Shown here one piece after another: positions 1 to 10,648 of a stretch of 64,000 nucleotides of DNA. The notes below the pieces were generated by a model. The model was not told where the DNA came from. It saw only the letters and a list, made by a program, of their open reading frames with translations, and did not search any database. Position numbers and translations under genes: made by a program. Location of the stretch: NCBI GenBank assembly GCA_963668175.1, contig OY764159.1:1888001-1952000 (forward strand), read 5' to 3'. The stretch is from Syntrophales bacterium (GTDB lineage: Bacteria > Desulfobacterota > Syntrophia > Syntrophales > PHBD01). Positions within the stretch are counted from its first letter, which is position 1. Each line of letters begins with the position of its first letter.

Positions 1-2
1 AG

Positions 3-62
3 CGGATCTTCGACCTGGCCGTGGCGGGGGCGAAGAATCACAAGAAAGGAAAGAAAAAATGA
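3..62 (+). CDS. 3' end of a gene entering from the left edge (partial)
   Basis: Open frame RIFDLAVAGAKNHKKGKKK*; its TGA overlaps the next ATG (ATGA 59-62). Confidence 0.5.
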   Translation, partial: RIFDLAVAGAKNHKKGKKK

Positions 63-547
63 ATCATCCCCTTCTGGGCAAGGTCGTGCAACTCGGATTC
101 GTCGTCCGCGACGCGGACGCCGCCGCCGCCCGCTACGAGACAACCGTTTCCCTCGGGCCCTGGACCGTTTACGTCCTTAAGCCGACGCTCCTCCGCGACC
201 GGCGCTACCTCGGGCAACCCGGCGAATACGCGATGAAGATCGCCCTGGCTTCCGACGCTTCCGGCCTCACGTACGAGCTGATCGAACCTTTGGCCGGTCC
301 CAGCGTCTACCACGACTTTCTCTCCGAACGCGGCGAGGGCCTTCATCATATCGGCTGCGAACGCACCCGGGGCCTCGAAGATACGATCGCGGCCTTCCGG
401 AGGGCCGGCGTCGATGTCTGCATGAGCGGCCGCTGGGGGGAGATCAACTTCGCCTACCTCGCGGCGGAAGAGAAGCTCGGCGTCTGCGTCGAGGTCTGGG
501 ACGCGCCTGCGGGCTACAGGCTGCCCGAGGAGGCCCGTATCAGGTAA
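59..547 (+). CDS. VOC/glyoxalase-family protein (methylmalonyl-CoA epimerase-like)
   Basis: QLGFVVRD, YELIEP, GEGLHHIG and a C-terminal VEV metal-ligand pattern. Confidence 0.8.
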   Translation: MNHPLLGKVVQLGFVVRDADAAAARYETTVSLGPWTVYVLKPTLLRDRRYLGQPGEYAMKIALASDASGLTYELIEPLAGPSVYHDFLSERGEGLHHIGCERTRGLEDTIAAFRRAGVDVCMSGRWGEINFAYLAAEEKLGVCVEVWDAPAGYRLPEEARIR

Positions 548-591
548 TTCCGGCTCTCACGCGTAAGCGTCTTCCTCCGTAATCGAAAAGA

Positions 592-1620
592 TCAGGATTT
601 CTCAGGATGCGGCGGGGAGGTTTCACGTCCGGTCTTGAGTGCTGTTTTTTCCGCAAGGATGCGCTGCGACAGGGGTTTGAGCAGATACGGCGCCAGGTAG
701 ATCGGGAACTGGGACAGGGCGAAGTAGAGCCACGTGAGGCCGGGCAGCGCCCCGCCGGTCGCCGCGAGCATCAGTCCCATGTTGCGCTGCGAGACCATGA
801 AGCCGATGGCCAGCGCGCGCTTGCGGCCTGCAAATCCGAAAACGACAACCGAAAGAAAGAGAACGGCGAAGAAGACAAGGAAGGCCAGCGCTGTAAGGCC
901 AAGAACCAGCATCGGCGCGGCCAGGAAGCGGGCGAAGACGTCCTCCATCATGGCCGCCACGAAAACGAAGAGGACGATGATGTTGAAGCCGTCTATTTTT
1001 TCTTTGTGCCGTTCTATGGCCGCCAGTCCGAATTTCCGGCGCAGGGCGAGGCCCGCAACGGCGGAGCCGGCGAGGATTGCGAAGAGCTTGGCGCCGAGCG
1101 CCGGGGGGGAGAGCGTCAGCGCCGGACCGACAAAGACATACACAAAAAACGGCGCGGTGACGGGAATCAGAGCCGTGCCCGCGATCATGGTGACGAGGAC
1201 GAGCGTCGCGTCCAGCCCCATCAGGGCCGCCAGGGCCGGCGAAGCCATCATCGGCGAGGCGATGCCCTGGAGCATCAGCGCGAGATAGAGATCGGGGACG
1301 GTGCGGTCGATACCGAAGGCATGGCAGCAGGGGACGAAAAGAAGGGGGACGGCAATGGACGTCCAGAGCGTTCCCGCGGCGACGATGGCGGGACGGCCCA
1401 TGTAGGCCTTGAACGCCGCCGTGTCGATGCGCAGGAAGGCGGTGCACAGGAGGACGAAGACCGCCTCCGTGACGTAGGGCTTCAATGCGGCGCCCACCGG
1501 CGGCAAGGCGATGCCGAAAACGACGATGGCGGCGACGGCGCGCGTCCCCTGCCTGCCGAGCCACGACAGCGCGGCCGCAGGCAGTCCGAGAAGAAGTCCT
1601 GCCGGGGAGTTCGTCGCCAT
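592..1620 (-). CDS. Bile acid:sodium symporter (BASS/SBF) family transporter
   Basis: About 9-10 hydrophobic helices; SPMMASP and SQRNMGL motifs. Confidence 0.75.
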   Translation of the reverse strand: MATNSPAGLLLGLPAAALSWLGRQGTRAVAAIVVFGIALPPVGAALKPYVTEAVFVLLCTAFLRIDTAAFKAYMGRPAIVAAGTLWTSIAVPLLFVPCCHAFGIDRTVPDLYLALMLQGIASPMMASPALAALMGLDATLVLVTMIAGTALIPVTAPFFVYVFVGPALTLSPPALGAKLFAILAGSAVAGLALRRKFGLAAIERHKEKIDGFNIIVLFVFVAAMMEDVFARFLAAPMLVLGLTALAFLVFFAVLFLSVVVFGFAGRKRALAIGFMVSQRNMGLMLAATGGALPGLTWLYFALSQFPIYLAPYLLKPLSQRILAEKTALKTGRETSPPHPEKS

Positions 1621-1919
1621 CTCACCTGCCGTTCGGAAAAGACGTCAAGATATCCATGCGCTTTCCTAGTCTTTTCCGGGAATTATGTCAATCGAATATC
1701 TCGGAAGACCGTTCCGGCGATCCCGTTGCGCTTTTTTGAGCCCGGGGCCGTCCGGCTTTCCGGAGGCCCCATTCCGGACGGACCGGACGAATTCACCGGA
1801 AAATCAGATGGCGGACGTGACGCCGGCCTCCGTCGCATGTATAATCGTTATTATTGTCAATGACTTGTTCGCATTGCCTATAGGGTCGTTTCCAATCCCG
1901 GCGATTCTGCCCGTAATTT

Positions 1920-1936
1920 CTGGCAAAATAATTGCT
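1920..1936 (+). promoter_or_regulatory. Sigma-54 (-24/-12) promoter
   Basis: CTGGCAAAATAATTGCT (GG-N10-GC), about 80 nt upstream of ATG 2016. Confidence 0.65.
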
Positions 1937-2015
1937 TCTCCATATTCTGCCGGCCGTTCTGCCGGATAAGCCTATTTTCAGGGCCGGCGACCGGCGACTG
2001 CGGAAAGACGAGACC

Positions 2016-4460
2016 ATGGCCAAGCGGATCGTGAAATACAACCCGGCGTTCCTCTCCGACGAGGAGCTTCGGGAGGGGTTTGTCGTGCGCCACGATGACC
2101 TCCGAAAGATCGCGGGGATGATAGGCGGCGAGGTTCCGGGAACCCGCCGTCATATCCTGGTGATCGGTCCGCGGGGGAGCGGCAAGACGACCCTTGTCCG
2201 CCGGGTCGCCCTCGAAATCGAAGGCGACGAGACGCTCTCGGGCCGCTGGTATCCTCTGATCCTTTCGGAGGCGTGCAGCGGGATCGCCAGCGTCGGCGAG
2301 TTCTGGCTGGAAATCCTGCTCCGCCTGGCCAGACGGACAGGCGACGACCGGCGGCGTTTCAGATACGAGAGCCTGAAAGACGAGGACGACGGGCGGCTGG
2401 CGGCGCGGGCGCTCACGGAGCTCTGCCATGTCGCCGACGCCATGGGCAAAAGGATCCTGCTGATTCTGGACGACATCAGCGCGATATTCGGCGAAGAGAT
2501 GGAGGCGGATGCGGTCCGTAAGGTGCTGCAAACCCTGGCGGACGAACCGCGGCTGACGCTCCTCGCCACGACTCCCGGTCTGTTCGCGGCATTCTCCGGG
2601 GGGTCTTCGGTCCTGCTGGGGATGTTTTCCATCCATAATCTCCTGCCCCTCGACGACGAAGCGTGCCGCGCCGTCTGGGAATCCGTTTCAGGCAGGAGGC
2701 CGCCGGGCGACGAGATCCTCCCTGTCCGGATTCTCACGGGCGGCAACATCCGCCTGGTCGTTGCCGGCGCCCGTATCGGCGCGGGACGGCCGTTCGGCGA
2801 TCTCCTCGACAGCCTCGTGGGACTGATCGACGACCACGCGGAATACTTCAGAGGCCGGTTGGATCGTCTGCTGCCGATCGAACGGAGGGTCTTCCTGGCC
2901 CTGGCCGAATTGTGGGACTCCGCCGAGGCGTATGAAATTGCCAGGATGGCCCGGCTCGACGTCGACAGGACAGGCACGCTCTTGAACAGGCTGGTCGGCC
3001 GGGGGGCGGTACTCGTGGAGATACAGAAGAATAAGACAAAGCGATATAGGGCTGCGGAACGCCTGTTCGGCATCTACAGCATGCTGCGGCGGAGAGGCGG
3101 ACCCACGGAACGCCTCAGGGCGTTTGTGACGTTCATGGTAGCCATGTACGGTGCGGGGCCGTCCGCCGAAGAGGCGGGCCAATCTTTGTCCGAGCCTTGC
3201 AACGATTACGGTCTGGCCTGTGCGGAGGTTATGGGGGCCATGGCGGACTGCCGGCTCCCGGAGGTCGTCGCGCCTTTCGCAGCAAGGCTTTCCGCGGAGG
3301 CTGCCTGCATCGGGGAATCGCCGGAAGACACCGGACCGCAAAGCGAGGAAAAGCCCCCGCCGGAGGTGCTCAGCGAAAAGGATAAAGCCGAGCGGGAGGC
3401 GGCGCTCGCCGCGTCGGGTCAGTGTGTGGGGCTCTTGCTGGACGGAAGATATGCCGAGGCCGGGGAACAGTGCAGCGAGCTTATGAATCGGCTGGCGTCC
3501 TCCTCGGGCGTGGGGGCGGTCAAGCTTGCGGCCCTCGCCATGCTCGGCGAGGGGATCGCCCTGAAGGGGATGAACCGCGCGAATGACGCGATACGGGTGT
3601 TCGATCAGATCATGGCCCTGTACGGGGATTATCCCGAACCGGAGATCGCCGCCCTGGTGGCGCGGGCCATGATCGACAAGGGCCGGACCTTCGCCGAGTC
3701 GGGCCGTCCGGGAGAGGCGATGGCGGTCTACGACCAGGTCATCGCGGAGTACCGGGACCGCCCCGAACCGTCGCTGGCCGCGCAGACGGCGAGGGCCATG
3801 GTCTGCGAAGGCAGGACCTTCGGTTGTCTGGAACGAGACGCCGACGCGGAAATGGCATTCCGCCAGGCCATTGAGCTGTATCCGGCCGGAGTGGACGGCG
3901 GCATCCTGCTGATCCGGTTGCTCCTGGAAAACGCCGGGCGCGTCGACGAGGTCCGCGGCATCGCGGAGACGATGGCCGGCCGGTATCCCGATCATTCCCG
4001 CCTCCTGGACGCCCTGGCGGTGGCCTTTTACGAAAGCGGAGAATCGTCCCTGCTGCCTCGTGGGGAAGACTGGGCGCGCCGCGCCGTTGCCCTGGACCCC
4101 GGCGACCGGGGCAAACAAATCACGCTGGCATGTGTTTTAGCTGCCCTCGGAAAGGGCGACGAGGCGCTGGCGCTCGCCGGGGCCTATCTTGAAGACGAGG
4201 CATTCGTAGCAGTGACGATCGGCCGTGCCGTTGAACTTTTCGTGGAACTGGCCGCCGCGGGGTATGCGAGGGAGGGCTCAGACCTCTTGAAGGATGCGGC
4301 GGCGGCGCGGCACCTGGAGCCCCTCGTCGCCGGGCTTCGGATGTTTGCGGGCGAAGACGTGAAGACGGCCGTGGAGATCGGGGAGGTGGCGGCGGACGTC
4401 GTCAAGCGGATCGAGGCGCGGCGGTCGATACGCAACATTACGCCCCATTCCGTCCCGTAG
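2016..4460 (+). CDS. STAND/AAA-like P-loop ATPase with winged helix and TPR repeats
   Basis: Start MAKRIVKYNPAFLSDEEL; Walker A GPRGSGKT; Walker B LILDD; MarR-like wHTH (EIARMARLD...LNRLVGRG); TPR-like C-terminal helices. Confidence 0.75.
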   Translation: MAKRIVKYNPAFLSDEELREGFVVRHDDLRKIAGMIGGEVPGTRRHILVIGPRGSGKTTLVRRVALEIEGDETLSGRWYPLILSEACSGIASVGEFWLEILLRLARRTGDDRRRFRYESLKDEDDGRLAARALTELCHVADAMGKRILLILDDISAIFGEEMEADAVRKVLQTLADEPRLTLLATTPGLFAAFSGGSSVLLGMFSIHNLLPLDDEACRAVWESVSGRRPPGDEILPVRILTGGNIRLVVAGARIGAGRPFGDLLDSLVGLIDDHAEYFRGRLDRLLPIERRVFLALAELWDSAEAYEIARMARLDVDRTGTLLNRLVGRGAVLVEIQKNKTKRYRAAERLFGIYSMLRRRGGPTERLRAFVTFMVAMYGAGPSAEEAGQSLSEPCNDYGLACAEVMGAMADCRLPEVVAPFAARLSAEAACIGESPEDTGPQSEEKPPPEVLSEKDKAEREAALAASGQCVGLLLDGRYAEAGEQCSELMNRLASSSGVGAVKLAALAMLGEGIALKGMNRANDAIRVFDQIMALYGDYPEPEIAALVARAMIDKGRTFAESGRPGEAMAVYDQVIAEYRDRPEPSLAAQTARAMVCEGRTFGCLERDADAEMAFRQAIELYPAGVDGGILLIRLLLENAGRVDEVRGIAETMAGRYPDHSRLLDALAVAFYESGESSLLPRGEDWARRAVALDPGDRGKQITLACVLAALGKGDEALALAGAYLEDEAFVAVTIGRAVELFVELAAAGYAREGSDLLKDAAAARHLEPLVAGLRMFAGEDVKTAVEIGEVAADVVKRIEARRSIRNITPHSVP

Positions 4461-4532
4461 ATGCCCCCGGAAGGTGATATCGCATTCTCGTCCTGCGATC
4501 TCCGTTCTTACGGAGCGGCGGTTATTCGCGCT

Positions 4533-5536
<1,004 letters not shown>

Positions 5537-5537
<1 letters not shown>

Positions 5538-5869
5538 CACATCTCCTTCTGTTTGACGATTTTTCTCATTTGCGTCGCGTGGGCCAGCGTGACCCCGGCC
5601 GCCATGGCGGCGCCCACGTGGACGGCCTCCATCATCTCGTCGTTGTCGATGCCGAGGGAGAGGCATTTGTTCGTATAGGCGTCGATGCAATAGGGGCATT
5701 TCTGCGTGGCGGCGACGGCGAGGGCGATCAGCGTCTTCTCTCTTTCCGTCAGTTTGCCCGCGCCGGTCGCGGAGGCGTAGTAATCGAAGAACTTCGTTCC
5801 CTGTTCCCCGGCCCATTCGGTGATATTCGGAAAGTCTTCAAGGTCCTTCGTGTCGTAGTAGTCGCTCAT
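5537..5869 (-). CDS. AhpD/CMD-family peroxidase-like protein that accompanies ArsS
   Basis: YYDxKDLxxF N-terminus; EKTLIALAVA...CPYCIDAY motif; coupled to arsS. Confidence 0.8.
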
Positions 5870-6113
5870 ATCCTTAATCCTCCTTCATCGGCGGTTCTTT
5901 TTGATTGTATTCCACGGGAAGGCGTTTTTCAATGCCCGGACGCATTCTTTCTTCAATTCCTGCGCGGCATGACTTTTATAACCTTTTTGCATGGGAAAAT
6001 CGATAAGAAATGATAGACCGCCCGAAGCGCGCATACGGGCCGGTCTTCCCCGCCCGCCCTGCATCGCTGTTTGAAGGGCTTTTAAAATTGCCGCTTCCGG
6101 TTCGGGAAAAAGA

Positions 6114-6145
6114 AAAGGGCAGCGTCCTTGCCGGAGCTGCCCTTT
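6114..6145 (-). terminator. Intrinsic terminator hairpin
   Basis: AAAGGGCAGC...GCTGCCCTTT inverted repeat with an adjacent A run, downstream of the flavoprotein gene. Confidence 0.65.
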
Positions 6146-6220
6146 ATTTGTCTGAACGCGCCTGATGGCACTGTGTGTGCATGAGCGCTATTGGTTCAAG
6201 TCCGTCGGAGACCTCCGCCT

Positions 6221-7726
6221 TTATGCCTTTTCCCTGGCGGCGTTGATGCCGGCGATGCGGCCGAAAATCACCGCCTTGCCGAAGGCCGATCCCGTCATGT
6301 AGGCCGCCCCGTGCATGCCGCCGGTGATCTCGCCCGCGGCGAAAAGGCCGGGGACGTTATCGCCGTAAATGTCGAGCACGCGGGCTTTGCCGTCGATGCG
6401 GATGCCGCCGTATGTGCCGAGGATGACGCCCGTCGACAAAAAGGCGGAATAGGGCGGGTTCTCGATCTTCGTCGGTTTGCCGAAGCCCGAGGTCAGTGTC
6501 TTCCGGCCGAAGGCGTCGGAGCCCCGGTCGATCCCGCTATTGTAGTCCTTGACCGTCTCTTCCAGGGCCTTGGGCGGAACGCCGATCTTGGCGGCCAGCT
6601 CGGCTAAGGTGGGGGCCTGGAAGACGAGGCCCTGCTTCTCCAGTTCCTCGACGGGGGAAAGGGCATCGCCCCTGGAGGCCTCACGGACCTTGGCATCCCA
6701 CAGGGAGTAGGCGACGGCGCCCGTCTGGACCAGCGCCGCGTCGCCCAGGAGCTTGTAGGAAATCGATTCGTTGACGAACCTCTTTCCCTCTTTGTTGACG
6801 ATGATCGCCCCCTTGTAATAGATGTGCGCCCGCTGCTTCGTGCTCGTGCACTCGGGGTGGTAGCCGAACGTGGACTTGATGTAGGGCATGTCGACGAGGT
6901 CCGCGCCGCATCCCCAGGCCATCTTCAGGCCGTCGCCGTGGCTGCCGAGGCCGACCATGGCCCGCGCTTTGGACATGGGGGGTACGAAGCGGGCGAGGAG
7001 CTCCCTGTTGAAGGAGAAGCCGCCGCTCGCCAGCACGACCGCTCGTTTCGCGCCCAGGTTGATCTTCTTGCCACGCTGTACTGCCTGGATGCCGCGGATG
7101 CGGCCCGTTTTCTCGTCCCGGATCAGCCGGGAAGCGGCGGTCTGCATGAGCAATACCGCGCCCTCGGCCTTGGCGGTATCGCCCAGGATTTTGATCACAT
7201 CGGGCGGAACGACCTGGTGGGCCCTGGGGGCGCTCATGCCGCTCGCAATGGTCAACTGGACGAATTTCACGCCGAGCTTTTTCAGCCATTCGTAAGTCGC
7301 AAGCTGGTTTTCCAGGTAGGCCTGAACCTGGACGGGATCGTTCATGTTTTCTCCCACGGTCAGCAGGTCCTTCTTGAGGAGATCGCTTGAGTCCTTGACA
7401 TTTTTCGAGGCCTGAAGGTCGGTTCCTGCGAAAGCGAGGGCGCCGCCGCAAAGGGTCGTACTGCCGCCCACGGTCACCGTCTTTTCCAGGATGATGACCT
7501 TGGCGCCTGCCCGCGCGGCCTCGATGGCCGCCGCAAAGCCGGCCCCGCCGGCCCCGACGATGACGATGTCCGCTTCCTGATCCCATTTCCTGGGTACCTT
7601 GGCGAAGGCATCACGGGCGCCCAGTCCCGCAATGGCGGCAAGTCCCAGTGCCGATACCTTGACGAAATTCCTCCTGCTCAGCCCTTTTTTCCGATCCTTT
7701 TCTTTCTCTTCCATGATGTTCTCCAT
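6221..7726 (-). CDS. Tat-exported flavocytochrome c flavin subunit (fumarate/urocanate reductase-like FAD_binding_2)
   Basis: SRRNFVK Tat motif; GAGGAG FAD loop; GKRFVNE; GLFAAGEITGGMHG. The start may be at 7714. Confidence 0.85.
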   Translation of the reverse strand: MENIMEEKEKDRKKGLSRRNFVKVSALGLAAIAGLGARDAFAKVPRKWDQEADIVIVGAGGAGFAAAIEAARAGAKVIILEKTVTVGGSTTLCGGALAFAGTDLQASKNVKDSSDLLKKDLLTVGENMNDPVQVQAYLENQLATYEWLKKLGVKFVQLTIASGMSAPRAHQVVPPDVIKILGDTAKAEGAVLLMQTAASRLIRDEKTGRIRGIQAVQRGKKINLGAKRAVVLASGGFSFNRELLARFVPPMSKARAMVGLGSHGDGLKMAWGCGADLVDMPYIKSTFGYHPECTSTKQRAHIYYKGAIIVNKEGKRFVNESISYKLLGDAALVQTGAVAYSLWDAKVREASRGDALSPVEELEKQGLVFQAPTLAELAAKIGVPPKALEETVKDYNSGIDRGSDAFGRKTLTSGFGKPTKIENPPYSAFLSTGVILGTYGGIRIDGKARVLDIYGDNVPGLFAAGEITGGMHGAAYMTGSAFGKAVIFGRIAGINAAREKA

Positions 7727-7816
7727 ATCCTTTTATACTTTGATGCGCCGGCGGCCACCCCGGCTTTCCTCTCGCGGCCGTGCGGATAACTCCTGATGTC
7801 GAATATCTGCCGCCCG

Positions 7817-7844
7817 AGTATAAAGCAAGGGCTTGTGATGTCAA
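7817..7844 (-). promoter_or_regulatory. Sigma-70-like promoter
   Basis: TTGACA-16-TATACT on the minus strand. Confidence 0.5.
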
Positions 7845-8064
7845 GGGATTTCGGTTGGGAACAGGTCCGTGGGTCGGCAAACGAGCGGGGATGGCGGGCA
7901 TAGAGGGCGTTCCGCGCGGATTCGGGGCGGCTATCCGGAAACGGGCCGGCCGAACCCGTCGCAGGGGTAATTGCGCAGCATCGCCAATGTATTACCGATG
8001 CTTCCGGTTGCGGGTCCGATAAAAAGCATTGACAAGCGCCGGGCGATGGATTTAGATGGAGTCG

Positions 8065-8190
8065 AAAAAAGCCGAATCCTTTTTCCAGGGAGCGGAGGAA
8101 CCAATTATTTGGGGCGAATCGCCGTTTGGCGTAGGGTAACCTCTTCGGCCCGATCCCTTCAGCTAACTTCGCAGGCTGCGATGAGGAGAA
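8065..8190 (+). promoter_or_regulatory. c-di-AMP riboswitch (ydaO/yuaA class)
   Basis: Ordered conserved blocks GCCGAATCC...GGAGGAACCA...TGGGGCGAATC...GTAGGGT...CCCGATCCCTTCAGCTAACTTCGCAGGC directly upstream of kup; TTGACA at 8029. Confidence 0.85.
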
Positions 8191-8199
8191 CCGACCGGG

Positions 8200-10176
8200 A
8201 TGTTCCGGGTGGATCGTTCTCCCCGTGATATATTTCGGAGGTTTTTCGTGTCGCCCCTATCTCGTGGTTTGCGCGGCAGCGCCGCCGTATCGCAAGCGGC
8301 ATCAGCCGGCTCCGGTAAAAAGCTTTTCCTGCTCGCCTTCGGGTCTCTCGGCGTCGTCTACGGCGACATCGGCACCAGTCCCCTGTATACCATCAGGGAA
8401 TGTTTTCACGGGCAGCATGCTATCCCGCCGACCGAGGCCAATGTCCTGGGCGTGCTGTCCCTTGTCTTCTGGTCGATGCTCTTCGTCGTCAGCATCAAGT
8501 ATGTCCTCTTCATCCTGCGGGCCGACAACCGGGGCGAAGGCGGCATCTTTGCGCTCCTCGGCCTCCTCGCCCCCGCCGACCGCAGCATCCCGCGGGGCCT
8601 GCAGGCCGCGCTTCTCTTTGCGGGCATCCTCGGGGCAGGCCTTCTTTACGGCGACGGCGTCATTACGCCGGCCATATCCGTCCTTTCCGCCATTGAAGGC
8701 CTGGAAGTCGCCACGACGGCGGCCAAACCCTTCGTTCTGCCCCTGACGTGCGCGGTGCTCGTCACCCTTTTCGTCATCCAGCGCCGGGGCACCGAGCACA
8801 TCGGCAGGCTGTTCGGCCCGATCATGACGATCTGGTTCCTGGCCATCGCCGCCTTCGGCATCGTTCAGATCGTGAAAGAGCCGGAAATCCTCCTCGCGAT
8901 CAATCCCGTTTACGCCTTCCGTTTCTTTGCTCACAACGGTGTCCACAGCGCCGTCGTCCTCGGATCGGTCGTGCTCTGCATCACGGGTTGCGAGGCCCTC
9001 TATGCCGATCTCGGCCATTTCGGAAGGAGCGCCATCCGCATCTCCTGGCTCGGGTTCGCCATGCCCACGCTGCTGTGCAACTATTTCGGCCAGGGGGCGC
9101 TGCTGCTCGCCCACCCGGAAACGGCGGTTAACCCTTTCTACGGAATCGTACCCGTCTTCCTGCTCTATCCCATGGTCATACTGGCCACAACCGCCACGGT
9201 GATCGCCTCGCAGGCGCTGATCTCCGGGGCGTTTTCCCTGACGCAGCAGGCCGTGCAACTAGGGCTTTGCCCGCGCATCCGGATCGTCCACACGTCGCGC
9301 GACGTTCAGGGGCAGATCTACATACCGTTCGTGAACTATACCCTGATGGTCGCCTGCATCGGCATCGTCATCGGCTTCAAGGAATCGAGCGGACTGGCCG
9401 GGGCGTACGGCATCGCCGTGACGGGAACGATGGCCATCACGTCTTTCCTCTATTTCCTGGTCCTGACCCGCGACTGGAAATGGCCGCTATGGAGGGCCCT
9501 GCCGCTTACGGTTTTATTCCTTGCGGTCGATCTCGCCTTCCTCGGCGGCAACCTCTTCAAGATCGCCGACGGCGGCTGGTTTCCCCTGTTCGTGGCCGCT
9601 TTGGTCGCCGTCGCCATGACCACCTGGCGGAGAGGACGGGCGGAGCTCGCCCGCCAGCTCCTGGCGGCGAGATTCCCTCTGGATATGTTCCTCGCGGAAG
9701 TGGCGAAAAACACCCTGCCCAGGGTGCCGGGAACGGCCGTCTTCATGACGCTGTCCCCCGTCGGGACGCCGCCCACGCTGCTGCACCACGTGAAGCACAA
9801 CCATGTCCTGCATAACCAGGTCGTGCTGCTCTCCGTGAGCTTCACCGACGCCCCCCTCATTCCCGAGGTGGAAAGGCTCAAGGTGGAGGCCCTGGGCCAT
9901 GGGTTTTTCCGTCTCGTCGCCTATTACGGGTTTATGCAGACGCCCGACGTGCCGCAGCTCCTGAAATCGGCGTCGCGACACGGCCTCGTCACGGAGCCCA
10001 TGACGACGACCTATTACATGGGCCGGGAAACGCTCCTTACGGGCGGCAGGGCGAAAATGATGAGATGGCGGAAGTCGCTCTTCGCCTTCATGTCCCGAAA
10101 CGCCGGGAACCCCACGCTCTATTTCGGTATCCCCGCCAACCGCGTCGTCGAGCTGGGGACCCAGATCGAGCTTTGA
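8200..10176 (+). CDS. kup: KUP/HAK/KT potassium transporter
   Basis: GVVYGDIGTSPLY, ADNRGEGG, GDGVITPAISVLSA, EALYADLGHF. Confidence 0.95.
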   Translation: MFRVDRSPRDIFRRFFVSPLSRGLRGSAAVSQAASAGSGKKLFLLAFGSLGVVYGDIGTSPLYTIRECFHGQHAIPPTEANVLGVLSLVFWSMLFVVSIKYVLFILRADNRGEGGIFALLGLLAPADRSIPRGLQAALLFAGILGAGLLYGDGVITPAISVLSAIEGLEVATTAAKPFVLPLTCAVLVTLFVIQRRGTEHIGRLFGPIMTIWFLAIAAFGIVQIVKEPEILLAINPVYAFRFFAHNGVHSAVVLGSVVLCITGCEALYADLGHFGRSAIRISWLGFAMPTLLCNYFGQGALLLAHPETAVNPFYGIVPVFLLYPMVILATTATVIASQALISGAFSLTQQAVQLGLCPRIRIVHTSRDVQGQIYIPFVNYTLMVACIGIVIGFKESSGLAGAYGIAVTGTMAITSFLYFLVLTRDWKWPLWRALPLTVLFLAVDLAFLGGNLFKIADGGWFPLFVAALVAVAMTTWRRGRAELARQLLAARFPLDMFLAEVAKNTLPRVPGTAVFMTLSPVGTPPTLLHHVKHNHVLHNQVVLLSVSFTDAPLIPEVERLKVEALGHGFFRLVAYYGFMQTPDVPQLLKSASRHGLVTEPMTTTYYMGRETLLTGGRAKMMRWRKSLFAFMSRNAGNPTLYFGIPANRVVELGTQIEL

Positions 10177-10431
10177 GCCATCGCGACGTCCGCGCGGCGC
10201 CAAAGGGGGCCATTCGCCATCCCTGCCCGCGCCCTGCCCGAGATTTGTCCTGCCATTCGACTCTCAAAATTATATCATATTAATTTCAGATACTTGAATG
10301 GGGCCTAGTGCCGAAGTCTGTAAAATTTCTTGCCATTTGACGGAATCGTTGACATCCCTCTATGCTATCCCATAATCGTCAATAATAAAAACATGTTGCA
10401 TATAATTAGGCTGTGTCCGCATCGCCGCCGC

Positions 10432-10529
10432 TGTTGAACTTCTTTACAAATCGGGAAGGGACGACAGGGGCCGTATACGTCACAACGGTCGTCTATTCAG
10501 ATAGTTATCGGATTGGCACGATTGGTGCT
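10432..10529 (+). promoter_or_regulatory. TGT-N11-ACA enhancer plus sigma-54 promoter of the PEP-CTERM gene
   Basis: TGTTGAACTTCTTTACA (10432-10448) and TTGGCACGATTGGTGCT (10513-10529). Confidence 0.65.
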
Positions 10530-10648
10530 GATTTCAATGATCGTCTTTTATCGTCCGCCGGGAAGCGGCGACGATTGTTTCAGGAGTCGGTCTTTAAGTG
10601 AAAAGGCCCGTTAATAATGGAGAAAATGACACCATAAGGAGAAAGACG

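Noticed and set aside
592..1620. Acr3 arsenite exporter linked to arsS
   Set aside because: Same superfamily, but Acr3-specific motifs were not recognised and an unrelated gene intervenes.
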